DNA from: Oceanospirillaceae bacterium
GTDB taxonomy: Bacteria; Pseudomonadota; Gammaproteobacteria; Pseudomonadales; Balneatricaceae
DNA length: 64,000 nucleotides
Assembly (NCBI GenBank): GCA_018647765.1
Contig: JABGSN010000030.1
Span: forward strand, 549-64,548
Reading direction: 5' to 3'
Position numbers and translations under genes: made by a program. The notes under the pieces are model-generated. The model saw only the letters and a program-made list of their open reading frames with translations, was not told the origin of the DNA and searched no databases. Below are positions 28,630 through 37,461 of this stretch, piece by piece; position 1 is the stretch's first letter; every line of letters begins with the position of its first letter.

Positions 28630-29556
28630 ATGCGTGTAACACAAGCCGGTTTTTATAACCAAGCCACCCAGCAAATGGGTAAGCAGCAAGCCAAGGTGTT
28701 TGAGACACAAGCGCAGCTGTCGTCTGGAAAAAAGATTTTACGGCCTTCCGATGATCCGGCATTAGCCTCGGCCATCAACAACCTAAAGTCTCAAATGGAC
28801 ATTAACCAGCGCTACCTGACTAACCTAGAACGCATGGATGACACCTTAAAAATGCAAGAAGCGTCGGTGAGTAGTTCCATAGACGTAGTAGCTCGTATTA
28901 AAGAATTAAGTGTACAAGCAGCCAACGATACGTACAGCGCGTCGGACCGTAAAATTTTGGCAATAGAAGTGAAAGAACTCATTAGTTCATTAGCCGATTT
29001 AGGCAACATGCGTGGTACAGATGGCGCGTATTTATTTTCTGGTTTTACCCAAGATCAAGCACCATTTTTGGAGTCTTCGTTGGGGGTGGTAACTTACACG
29101 GGTACCGCCGATTACCAACACGTAATGGTGGATGAAGGCCGTAGCATGCAATTAGGAATACCAGGTTCTGATGTGTATGGCAGTGTGCAACATAAAGATG
29201 CCACTACCGGTGAAGTTAGCAGCATCGACTTTTTTTCTACTTTGGGGAATATGTACCAGGCGTTAATAAACAATGACAAAACCGCCATTAGAGACAATTT
29301 GGACAAGGTGGGTAGCGTACACGAACACATTGTAGTGCAGCAGGCCAATATAGGTTCGCGCATGAAACGGGTAGAAACCTTAACCAATGCTATTGAAGAC
29401 CGAGATTACACATACAAGACCCTGCAATCGAGCATGGAAGATTTGGACTACGTAGAGGCCGCATCACGGCTTAAGAATCAATCCCTTGCCTTACAAGCAG
29501 GACAACAAACATTTGCTCAATTGAGCGGATTAAGCTTATTTAAATATATCCGTTAA
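28630..29556 (+). CDS. flgL: Flagellar hook-associated protein 3
   Basis: MRVTQ, QLSSGKKILRPSDDP, YLFSGF, EDLDYVEA, LSLFKYI. Confidence 0.95.
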   Translation: MRVTQAGFYNQATQQMGKQQAKVFETQAQLSSGKKILRPSDDPALASAINNLKSQMDINQRYLTNLERMDDTLKMQEASVSSSIDVVARIKELSVQAANDTYSASDRKILAIEVKELISSLADLGNMRGTDGAYLFSGFTQDQAPFLESSLGVVTYTGTADYQHVMVDEGRSMQLGIPGSDVYGSVQHKDATTGEVSSIDFFSTLGNMYQALINNDKTAIRDNLDKVGSVHEHIVVQQANIGSRMKRVETLTNAIEDRDYTYKTLQSSMEDLDYVEAASRLKNQSLALQAGQQTFAQLSGLSLFKYIR

Positions 29557-29621
29557 GCCTTACTAAAAGCTAAAACGGAAAACCGCCTCCATAACGAGAG
29601 GCAAAGAAAGGAGTAGTTATT

Positions 29622-31124
29622 ATGGCTATGGTTATTAATTCAAATATCGCGTCATTGACGTCGCAGCGACACTTGTCGCAATCGCGCAATGACATGGAAG
29701 TGGCGATGGAGCGTATGTCCTCCGGCAGTCGCATTAACTCGTCTATGGATGATGCCGCAGGCCTTGCCATCGGTAATCGCATGACGTCGCAGATCGAGGG
29801 CTTAAACCAAGCCATTCGTAATGCCAACGACGGCATATCCTTAGCGCAAACTGCGGAAAGTGCCCTTGATGGGCACTCTGAAATTTTGCAGCGTATGCGT
29901 GTGTTAGCGGTGCAGGCGGCCAACGATACCTACTCTACATTGGACAGAAAAACCCTCAATAACGAGATTGTTCAGCTTAAAGAAGAGCTTAACCGCAGTG
30001 TGGCTCAAGCCACCTTTAATGGTCAAAAAATTCTCGATGGGTCAAATACTAGTTTTACCTTTCAGGTAGGCCACACAGCAAGCGACACGGTGACCATTAC
30101 CTTAAGTAACATGGCTGGTAGTAAAATTGGCACTCAAACATGGGATGATAAAGCTTCTGTTACCGCGCCAACGACTGCAAATGAGGTTGCTGGTGTTACT
30201 GCTACGGGTACTATAGCTGGTGCTACAACAACTTCTTCAACAACTACCGGCGTGGTAGACGGCGCTAAAGCTGTAAAGACCCTTGCCTTTAGTGCTGGAG
30301 CAGCCATTGGCGATAAGGTTTCCATAACCGTAGGTAGTACAACATTTAGCCATACGTTTACAGCCACCGCGGCCGATGCAACAGCCGCTGCGGCTGCTTT
30401 TGATACTGCATGGAGCAATGACGCCACCGCTAATGGAGCTTATACCCTAACAAATTCAAGTGGCACTTTGACCTTTACCCAAGTGGGTAACTTGGGTGAT
30501 GTAGCGGGTACCGCAACCTATACTAAGGCCACTATTACAGCAGAGCAAGAAAGCTACGATTTTAGTGGCATTACCCTCGCTGTAGGCGACCGGGTGAGCA
30601 TAACGGTAAATGGTACTCCTTACACGCAAGAATTTGCTACCGATCAGGCCACTACCCTCAATGCGCTAGGTGCCTTAGTGGTTAACGGTGAAACAGGGTA
30701 CGCGAGTAAAGCCATAAGTAGTGGCAAACTCGTGTTTACTGGTGTAGCGGCAGGTACGGCCATGGCATCTGCAACAATAGCAGTAGAGACTGGAACTGTG
30801 TCTGCCGCCAATAGTGTTGATGATGTACTGGTAACCGACAGTACTAGTGCAAAACATGCCTTAACGGTGGTGGATAACGCCCTAGAAATGATGGCCGACT
30901 TCCGCTCGCGTATGGGCGCCATGTCTAACCGTATGTTCCATACTGTAGATAACCTGATGAACGTGTCAGAAAATACTTCTGCCGCCCGCTCACGCATTGT
31001 TGACGCCGATTTTGCTTTGGAATCGGCCAATTTAGCCAAGAGTCAAGTGCTACAAAAAGCTGGCACCGCCATGCTGTCACAAGCCAACGCTTCAACCCAA
31101 GACATCTTGAGCCTGCTTAAGTAG
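29622..31124 (+). CDS. fliC: Flagellin
   Basis: MAMVINSNIASL, ERMSSGSRINSSMDDAAGLAI, SAARSRIVDADFALESANLAKSQVLQKAG. Confidence 0.97.
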   Translation: MAMVINSNIASLTSQRHLSQSRNDMEVAMERMSSGSRINSSMDDAAGLAIGNRMTSQIEGLNQAIRNANDGISLAQTAESALDGHSEILQRMRVLAVQAANDTYSTLDRKTLNNEIVQLKEELNRSVAQATFNGQKILDGSNTSFTFQVGHTASDTVTITLSNMAGSKIGTQTWDDKASVTAPTTANEVAGVTATGTIAGATTTSSTTTGVVDGAKAVKTLAFSAGAAIGDKVSITVGSTTFSHTFTATAADATAAAAAFDTAWSNDATANGAYTLTNSSGTLTFTQVGNLGDVAGTATYTKATITAEQESYDFSGITLAVGDRVSITVNGTPYTQEFATDQATTLNALGALVVNGETGYASKAISSGKLVFTGVAAGTAMASATIAVETGTVSAANSVDDVLVTDSTSAKHALTVVDNALEMMADFRSRMGAMSNRMFHTVDNLMNVSENTSAARSRIVDADFALESANLAKSQVLQKAGTAMLSQANASTQDILSLLK

Positions 31125-31131
31125 GCTTGAT

Positions 31132-31297
31132 GTCATTGCGGCGCACTAGATTCGCGTCCGGCGAAGGCCGGAATCTTAAGGCCCTGACCTTCGTCAGGGC
31201 GACACAGTACCCCTTTCTTTGAAGTACCCCATTACCCCTAGCTAACCACTAGGGGGGTTTTTCCCCGCCTGTCATTGGGAGCGCAGCGCGGCAATCC
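31132..31297. repeat. Composite REP-like element, copy G
   Basis: Second family TCCGGCGAAGGCCGGAATC and CCCTGACCTTCGTCAGGG, then a main-family left arm GTCATTGGGAGCGCAGCGCGGCAATCC at 31271-31297. Confidence 0.75.
31235..31262 (+). terminator. Probable intrinsic terminator after fliC
   Basis: CCCCTAG-N7-CTAGGGG stem followed by GGTTTTT. Confidence 0.55.
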
Positions 31298-31371
31298 AAG
31301 CCTAGCAAGTGATACTCAAGCCGCAGTTTACCCCGTATAATCAACTCAGCCCAACAAAGAGCAGAGTGCCC

Positions 31372-31992
31372 ATGAGCCAATTCTTTCAGATACACCCAGA
31401 ATCCCCCCAGCCACGCTTGATCAAACAAGCCGCAGAAATCATCCAAAAAGGCGGTGTGGTGGTGTACCCCACAGACTGCGCCTACGCTATAGCGTGCCAC
31501 TTAGGCGATAAAAAAGCCGTAGATCGAATTAAGCAAATACGTCAACTCGATGACAAACATCACCTGACGCTGGTGTGCGAAGACCTAAGCCAAATCGCCA
31601 CCTATGCCAAAGTCGATAACGAAGCCTACCGCATCCTCAAGTCCCACACCCCTGGCGCCTACACCTTTATCCTAAAAGCCAGTAAAGAAGTACCCAAAAA
31701 ATTATTGCACCCAAAAAAGAAGACCATCGGCCTACGGGTACCCGACAACGCAATCGCGTTAGCGCTGCTAAAAGAGCTAGGCGAACCGATGCTCAGCAGC
31801 TCTTTAATTTTGCCTAATGACGAATTTCCTTTAACTGATCCTTACGATATACGGCAAACTCTAGAACACAGTCTAGACTTAATCGTAGACGGCGGCTATT
31901 GCGGTATGGAAGTCACGTCGTTAGTGAGCTTGGTAGACGGTGAAATAGAAGTATTAAGGCAGGGTATGGGTGACACCAGCGACTTCATCTAA
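31372..31992 (+). CDS. yciO: YciO/Sua5/TsaC-family threonylcarbamoyl-AMP synthase-like protein
   Basis: MSQFFQIHPESPQPRLI, YPTDCAYA, TPGAYTFIL, KKKTIGLRVP; start refined to 31372. Confidence 0.92.
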   Translation: MSQFFQIHPESPQPRLIKQAAEIIQKGGVVVYPTDCAYAIACHLGDKKAVDRIKQIRQLDDKHHLTLVCEDLSQIATYAKVDNEAYRILKSHTPGAYTFILKASKEVPKKLLHPKKKTIGLRVPDNAIALALLKELGEPMLSSSLILPNDEFPLTDPYDIRQTLEHSLDLIVDGGYCGMEVTSLVSLVDGEIEVLRQGMGDTSDFI

Positions 31993-32142
31993 ATATTTTA
32001 TGCTAACCAAATCACTGTAAGTCGTTGTTTTAGAAATAATTCCTAAGAATGATGATCTATACTAAAGTCATATATTCAGGATTCTACCTATGGTGATTAC
32101 AGCAGAATTTTGGCAGTTATTACGCTACACAGGAGGTGCTTT

Positions 32143-32660
32143 ATGAGCACACCTAATTGGTTGCTATTGCAGGTTAAGCCAAGGCAGGAACTGCGCGCCC
32201 TAGAAAATCTAGAACGCCAAAACGGCGAATGCTATTGTCCACAAATTCGGCTAGAAAAGCTGAGTCGTGGCAAGCGCGGTCAAGCAGAAGAGGCATTGTT
32301 CCCCGGTTATTTATCAATGCTCAGCCAGAAGAGAACGGTTTAAGCTATACGAGCATTCGGTCTAGCCGAGGCGTTAGCAAAATAGTGGGATTTGGTATGG
32401 AACCGTTAAGGGTGCCAGAAGACCTTATAGCACTTATTAAGTTACGCGAACACACGGGTTTGGCGGACGAAGCCGCCGCCAGCGCACCGGATGTGCCGCA
32501 ACCGGGCGACAAGCTCAATATTTTAGAAGGGCCGTTTAAAGGGCTCAAAGCTGTGTTTAGCCACACCGATGGCCAACAACGATCAATCGTGTTGATTAAT
32601 TTGTTAAACCAGCAAACTCCTACATCGTTGGCCAATACCCAAATTAAAAAATTTGCATAA
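32143..32660 (+). pseudogene. rfaH: Frameshifted RfaH/NusG-specialised antiterminator
   Basis: The NGN part (WLLLQVKPRQELRALENLERQ...LFPGYL) and the remainder (INAQPE...IRSSRGVSKIVGFG...PGDKLNILEGPFKGLKAVF KOW) lie in different frames; break at GG-TTAT-TTAT-C (32307-32314); AGGAGG RBS upstream. Confidence 0.88.
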
Positions 32661-32739
32661 TAATCCTTGGTGATTCAAACCTATATTTGTTGCTCACCAC
32701 GAACCGGTTATTGATACCACTGACTCGTGCCATGAACTG

Positions 32740-32841
32740 GGATTGCTTCGCTGTGCTCGCAAACATGGAAAAAGGGGGTGCTCGTAAAGACGGGGTTGAG
32801 GTTGTCTCTGCGATCGCTTCATGGATGTAGCTTAGTAGAGC
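32740..32841. repeat. REP-like element in reverse orientation, copy H
   Basis: GGATTGCTTCGCTGTGCTCGCAAAC, GCTCGTAAAGACG and GTCTCTGCGATCGCTTCATGGATGTAGCTTAGTAGAGC (reverse complement of the B/D long insert). Confidence 0.8.
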
Positions 32842-33992
32842 TCTTGTTGCACCAGGGTGACCCAGTAGGCGGTACCGGTTTCGGCGATGTCGTCGTTGAA
32901 ATCGTAGTGGGGGTTGTGGAGCATGCAGCCACCGGCGCTATCGATACCATTGCCTAAGAAGACATAACAGCCGGCTTTGACTCTGAGCATACTGGCAAAA
33001 TCTTCTGAGATGGTTTTTGGGCGGCAGGCTAAATCTACTTTTGATGCATCCAATAAGGCTAAGGCGGCTTTACCAGCGGCTTCGGTTTCTGTTGCGGTGT
33101 TGATGGTGGCCCAAAATACGCGGTCGTAGGTGAAGTCATGGTCTGCGCCGTGGGCCTCGCAGATACCGCGCACCAGTTGGCCCATGCGTGCTTCAATGAG
33201 GTCTTGCACATCTTCGGAGAAACTTCGACAGTCACCGGTAATGGTGACGGTGCTGGGAATCACGTTCACCGCCCCGTCGGTGACAAATTCAGTGGCAGAA
33301 ACCACGGCCTGAAGCTCGGGGTCGATGCTACGGGAGACGATGGTCTGTAAGGCCAATAAAATTTCGGCACCAATCACCAAGGGGTCAATATGATGGTGAG
33401 GTTGTGACGCGTGACCACCACGGCCTTTGATCACAATGTTAAAGTTGTCTTCACTGGCCATTACACCGCCTGAATTCATGGCCATTGTGCCTGCTGTCAT
33501 ACCTGGCATATTGTGCAGGCCATAGATGGCTTGCATAGGAAAACGTTCAAACAAGCCATCATCGATCATGGATTGCGCGCCAGCGCCGTGCTCTTCGTCG
33601 GGTTGGAAAACAAAATACACGGTGCCATCAAAATTGCCCGTGGCGGCGAGTTCTTGGGCCGCGCCTAACAACATGGCGGTATGGCCATCGTGGCCACAGG
33701 CATGCATACGGCCCTCATTTTGTGACTTGTATGTAAAGTCATTAAGCTCTTGAATGGCGAGGGCATCCATGTCAGCACGTAAGCCAATGGCTTTATCAGA
33801 GGTGCCGCGTTTAAGCACGCCCACCACGCCTATTTCACCAATCTGGGTGTGCACCTGTAAGCCAAACTCGGTGAGTTTTTGGGCTACAAAGGCAGCTGTG
33901 TCGTGTACTTCAAAACCGGTTTCTGGGTGCTGATGCAGGTGTTGACGCCAGTGCGACATCTGCTGTTTGGAAGCGTATTTTAGAGTGGACAT
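32832..33992 (-). CDS. M20 family amidohydrolase (Acy1/hippurate-hydrolase-like)
   Basis: HQHPETGFE, LRADMDAL, MHACGHDGHT, FQPDEE, GLHNMPG, SEDF, HNPHYDFND; start refined to 33992. Confidence 0.9.
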   Translation of the reverse strand: MSTLKYASKQQMSHWRQHLHQHPETGFEVHDTAAFVAQKLTEFGLQVHTQIGEIGVVGVLKRGTSDKAIGLRADMDALAIQELNDFTYKSQNEGRMHACGHDGHTAMLLGAAQELAATGNFDGTVYFVFQPDEEHGAGAQSMIDDGLFERFPMQAIYGLHNMPGMTAGTMAMNSGGVMASEDNFNIVIKGRGGHASQPHHHIDPLVIGAEILLALQTIVSRSIDPELQAVVSATEFVTDGAVNVIPSTVTITGDCRSFSEDVQDLIEARMGQLVRGICEAHGADHDFTYDRVFWATINTATETEAAGKAALALLDASKVDLACRPKTISEDFASMLRVKAGCYVFLGNGIDSAGGCMLHNPHYDFNDDIAETGTAYWVTLVQQELY

Positions 33993-34092
33993 GCTGGCGC
34001 CTTGAGGAATTTTGAAGACGCCAATCATGTCACATTTTTCTGTGGTTAGTCACTAACATGTTGCTGATAAGTGCCATTTAAAGGCTTAAAAC

Positions 34093-34521
34093 TTAGCCTT
34101 TGGGAATTAGCCCCACTGCTTCTATGCCGGCTACAGCAGCTAACAAATCATTGTCAGACGTGTCGCCAGTAACACCTAGCGCGCCTAACGTATGGCCACG
34201 TTCATTTTGAATCAATACACCACCGGGGACCGGTATCATTTTGCCGTCTAGGGCCGCGTTTGCAGTGACGATAAAATAGGGCTGAGCTTCAGCTCTGACC
34301 ATTTGTGCACTGCCGGGCATGCCTAACATCACCACGCCATAAGCTTTGGCTTGGGCGATCGCAAAACGGCCAGGCGAGGCGCCGTCTTGACGCTCAAAGG
34401 CTTTAACGTTGCCGCCAGTGTCTAGTACGACGACTGATAATGGATTGAGTCCAAGTGCCTTGCCTTTGGTAAGGGTGGCATTAATGATGCGCTTGGAGCG
34501 GCTTAAGGATAGTTCGGCCAT
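34093..34521 (-). CDS. GlcG/HbpS family heme-binding protein
   Basis: VVVLDTGG...FERQDGA, IAQAKAYG, PVPGGVLI, GALGVTGDTSDND; start refined to 34521. Confidence 0.85.
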   Translation of the reverse strand: MAELSLSRSKRIINATLTKGKALGLNPLSVVVLDTGGNVKAFERQDGASPGRFAIAQAKAYGVVMLGMPGSAQMVRAEAQPYFIVTANAALDGKMIPVPGGVLIQNERGHTLGALGVTGDTSDNDLLAAVAGIEAVGLIPKG

Positions 34522-34657
34522 GAGAGGCTCCCAATAGTGTGATGTATTAGACACAAGAATTTTGTATGGGCAACATCATAGCCGAGTTAGGCATGTAAAA
34601 TTAGCCTGTATTCGACTTTAGTAGGGCCTAAACGGCCATATTCGTAATCAACATGGC

Positions 34658-36328
34658 TTATGCTCCGTCACGGATTTGGTTTAACGTTAGGTTGGGCGTT
34701 AACGCTTGGGGGTCTAGCTTAATGTGAATTAACGCGGGGGTTCCAGCCGCCATGGCAGCCTCTAAGGCTTGAGGAAACTGGTCTGTGTGGGTCACTTGTG
34801 TGGCAAACGTACCATAGGCTTTGGCCAGCGCACAAAAGTCTGGGTTAACCAAATCTGTAGCACTAACGCGGCTGGGGAAATGGCGCTCTTGATGCATGCG
34901 GATGGTGCCATACATGCCATTATCAATCACCAATACAATAATGTTGGCTTGTTGTTGCACTGCGGTGCCAAATTCCTGCATGGTCATTTGAAAACAGCCA
35001 TCACCCGCAAAACAAACTACGGTTTTATGAGGCTCGGCGATTTTGGCCGCAACGGCCGCTGGTAAACCATAGCCCATAGAGCCGCTAGTGGGCGCTAACT
35101 GCGTGCCATACTGGCTGAATTTCCAAAAACGATGAATCCACGTGGCATAGTTGCCGGCACCGTTGGTCATAATGGTATTGGAGGGCAGGCTGTTGCTTAA
35201 GTGGGCCATAACGGCGGGCATTTGCACTGCACCTGGGTGTGTCTGAGTAGGCAAAGTGGACCACTGTTGATAATTGTTATGGCAGTTGGCCACATGGTCT
35301 ACACGTGCTGGTGACGGTTTAATAGTGGACGACAGCTGAGAAAGCCCAGCGGCCAGTGCTTTAGGGCTGGCGTGGATGGCTAAATCGGCACGGTATACAC
35401 GTCCTAGCTCTTCTGCACAGGCATGGATATGAATCAGTTGTTGGCGAGCGCTTTGCACCCCTAACAGTTCATAGTTTTGCGATGGCACCTCTGAAAAACG
35501 CCCGCCCATGAGGATGACTAAATCGGCGTCGGCAATGGTGGTTGAAAGTTTAGGGTTAATACCTAAGCCCACGTCACCGGCGTAGTGGGGGTGATGATGG
35601 TTAAACAACATTTGGCGACGAAATGAGCAGGCCACTGGCAGGAAAAATGCCTCGGCAAAGGCCTCAACCTGTGCCACAGAGTCGGCACACCAGCGGCTAC
35701 CACCTAATACTATAATAGGTGCATTAGCTTGTTCCACCATGTGCGCCATTTGCTGCAAGTGTTCCGGGCTTGAGTGGGTTTCTAAGGTGGTAAAGGGTTT
35801 GATTTTGGTGCTGGCGGCCTGCCCCGATAAGGTGTCTTCTGGCAATACTAATACCACCGGCCCTGGGCGGCCGCTGGTGGCCACAGACCATGCACGGCTC
35901 ACCATTTCGGTAATGCGCTCGGTGGAATCTATTTCTGCCACCCACTTGGCCATGGAGCCGAGGTATTGACCATAATCCACTTCTTGAAAGGCTTCGCGGT
36001 GGCGCAATTGACTATTGATTTGGCCAATAAATAAAATCATGGGTGTAGAGTCTTGCTGGGCCACATGAATACCGGCACTGGCGTTGGTGGCGCCGGGGCC
36101 GCGGGTCACAAAACAAATACCGGGCGTGCCGTGGAGCTTGCCCCAGGCTTCGGCCATCATGGCTGCGCCGCCTTCTTGGCGGGCGCTGGTGGCGGTAATG
36201 GTGCTGTCGTGCAACGCATCTAATACTTCTAAATAGCTTTCGCCGGGCACGCAAAATAATTGTTTAACGCCATGGGCTTCTAAGGCGTCAACAACCAGTT
36301 GGCCGCCTGATTTGGTCTGTGTGGTCAT
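34658..36328 (-). CDS. Thiamine-diphosphate-dependent enzyme (acetolactate-synthase-like, substrate unknown)
   Basis: FCVPGESYL, ARQEGGAAMMAEA, TRGPGATNA, ThDP motif GDGCFQM...DNGMYGTIR. Confidence 0.9.
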   Translation of the reverse strand: MTTQTKSGGQLVVDALEAHGVKQLFCVPGESYLEVLDALHDSTITATSARQEGGAAMMAEAWGKLHGTPGICFVTRGPGATNASAGIHVAQQDSTPMILFIGQINSQLRHREAFQEVDYGQYLGSMAKWVAEIDSTERITEMVSRAWSVATSGRPGPVVLVLPEDTLSGQAASTKIKPFTTLETHSSPEHLQQMAHMVEQANAPIIVLGGSRWCADSVAQVEAFAEAFFLPVACSFRRQMLFNHHHPHYAGDVGLGINPKLSTTIADADLVILMGGRFSEVPSQNYELLGVQSARQQLIHIHACAEELGRVYRADLAIHASPKALAAGLSQLSSTIKPSPARVDHVANCHNNYQQWSTLPTQTHPGAVQMPAVMAHLSNSLPSNTIMTNGAGNYATWIHRFWKFSQYGTQLAPTSGSMGYGLPAAVAAKIAEPHKTVVCFAGDGCFQMTMQEFGTAVQQQANIIVLVIDNGMYGTIRMHQERHFPSRVSATDLVNPDFCALAKAYGTFATQVTHTDQFPQALEAAMAAGTPALIHIKLDPQALTPNLTLNQIRDGA

Positions 36329-36347
36329 GGGTAATTCCGTTTGTAAG

Positions 36348-37394
36348 TTACAGGCGTTGAAGTGTTTTGTAGTAGGCTTCTACAGCGACTAGGCGGCATA
36401 GGCTTTGTTCTGTGAGGTGCAGGCCTGTGGCGGTGTCTGCACTAATAATAGCGCTGCCTTGATCATCAAATGACACCGGCACAATGCTGCTGCGAAATTT
36501 TTGTAGCTGCGTATTGCTAATCAAAAATAGTTCGGCATCGGCTTTAGGTGCGGCTATTTTTACCTTGAATAGGGCGCTGTTTTTTACCGAACTCACATCC
36601 TTGAGCTGCGACTCTACGGTGGGGCCGGCATCAAAAATATCCACATAACCGATGTGCTGAAAGCCTTCTTTTTCTAACAGGCGTAATGCCGGTTTGGTTT
36701 TTTCATGCACATGGCTGATGACCGCTTGGGCTTCTGGGCTGAGCAAATTTACATACAGCGGATACTTGGGCATTAGTTCTGCGATAAACACTTTGTTGCC
36801 CAAACCCACAAGGTAGTCGGCTTGCTTAAACTCCATGGAGAAAAAATGCGTGCCTAGCCAATGCCAAAAAGGTGAATTACCCGAGGCATCATTAACGCCG
36901 CGCATTTCAGCAATCACTTTGCTGCCAAAACGCTCGGCAAATTGGGCCATAAACAAGAAGCGGCTTTTAGACAACAAACGCCCATTGGTCCCATTGCGGT
37001 GGGCCTCTTGCAGAAACAAGGTGCACACTTCGGCGCAACCCGTGTAATGATTACACAAGGTGAGCACTTCCATTTTGTTATGCACTTCTAGGGTGGGCGA
37101 TGCGTGTACTACGGTTTGGCGGTGATAATGGTAAAACGGCGCGCGAGTGCCAACACTGGCTTCTATGGCCGTGGTGCCTATCACTTTGCCGGTTTCTGTG
37201 TCTTCGAGTACAAACAGATAACCTTCGTCGTCGGGTGTGTCTAAGGGTTTAGAAAAAGACGCAACGGAGCGTGCAATTTTTTCGTTAAGAACGTCGTGGT
37301 TAATGGGGAGGGAGGTAAAACCTACACCAGAATCTACGGCAATTTGATACAAAGCGTCTTGGTCTTGTGGACCGATAGGACGGATAACTAACAT
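36348..37394 (-). CDS. astA: Arginine N-succinyltransferase
   Basis: SGVGFTSLP, YLFVLED, CTLFL, LLSKSRFLF, VIAEMRGV, GYVDIFDAGP; start refined to 37394. Confidence 0.9.
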   Translation of the reverse strand: MLVIRPIGPQDQDALYQIAVDSGVGFTSLPINHDVLNEKIARSVASFSKPLDTPDDEGYLFVLEDTETGKVIGTTAIEASVGTRAPFYHYHRQTVVHASPTLEVHNKMEVLTLCNHYTGCAEVCTLFLQEAHRNGTNGRLLSKSRFLFMAQFAERFGSKVIAEMRGVNDASGNSPFWHWLGTHFFSMEFKQADYLVGLGNKVFIAELMPKYPLYVNLLSPEAQAVISHVHEKTKPALRLLEKEGFQHIGYVDIFDAGPTVESQLKDVSSVKNSALFKVKIAAPKADAELFLISNTQLQKFRSSIVPVSFDDQGSAIISADTATGLHLTEQSLCRLVAVEAYYKTLQRL

Positions 37395-37461
37395 TGTGAG
37401 CCAGCCATAAGTAACCAATAAAGGCTTATTATACGGGCAGTTGCCTATTTAAGGGCAAGGC

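Noticed and set aside
29560-29600. Sigma-28 promoter for fliC
   Set aside because: TAAA boxes are present, but no GCCGATAA-like -10 lies at the 15-bp spacing.
31993-32142. ops element or polysaccharide operon next to rfaH
   Set aside because: No GGCGGTAG-type ops was seen here and no glycosyltransferase genes follow.
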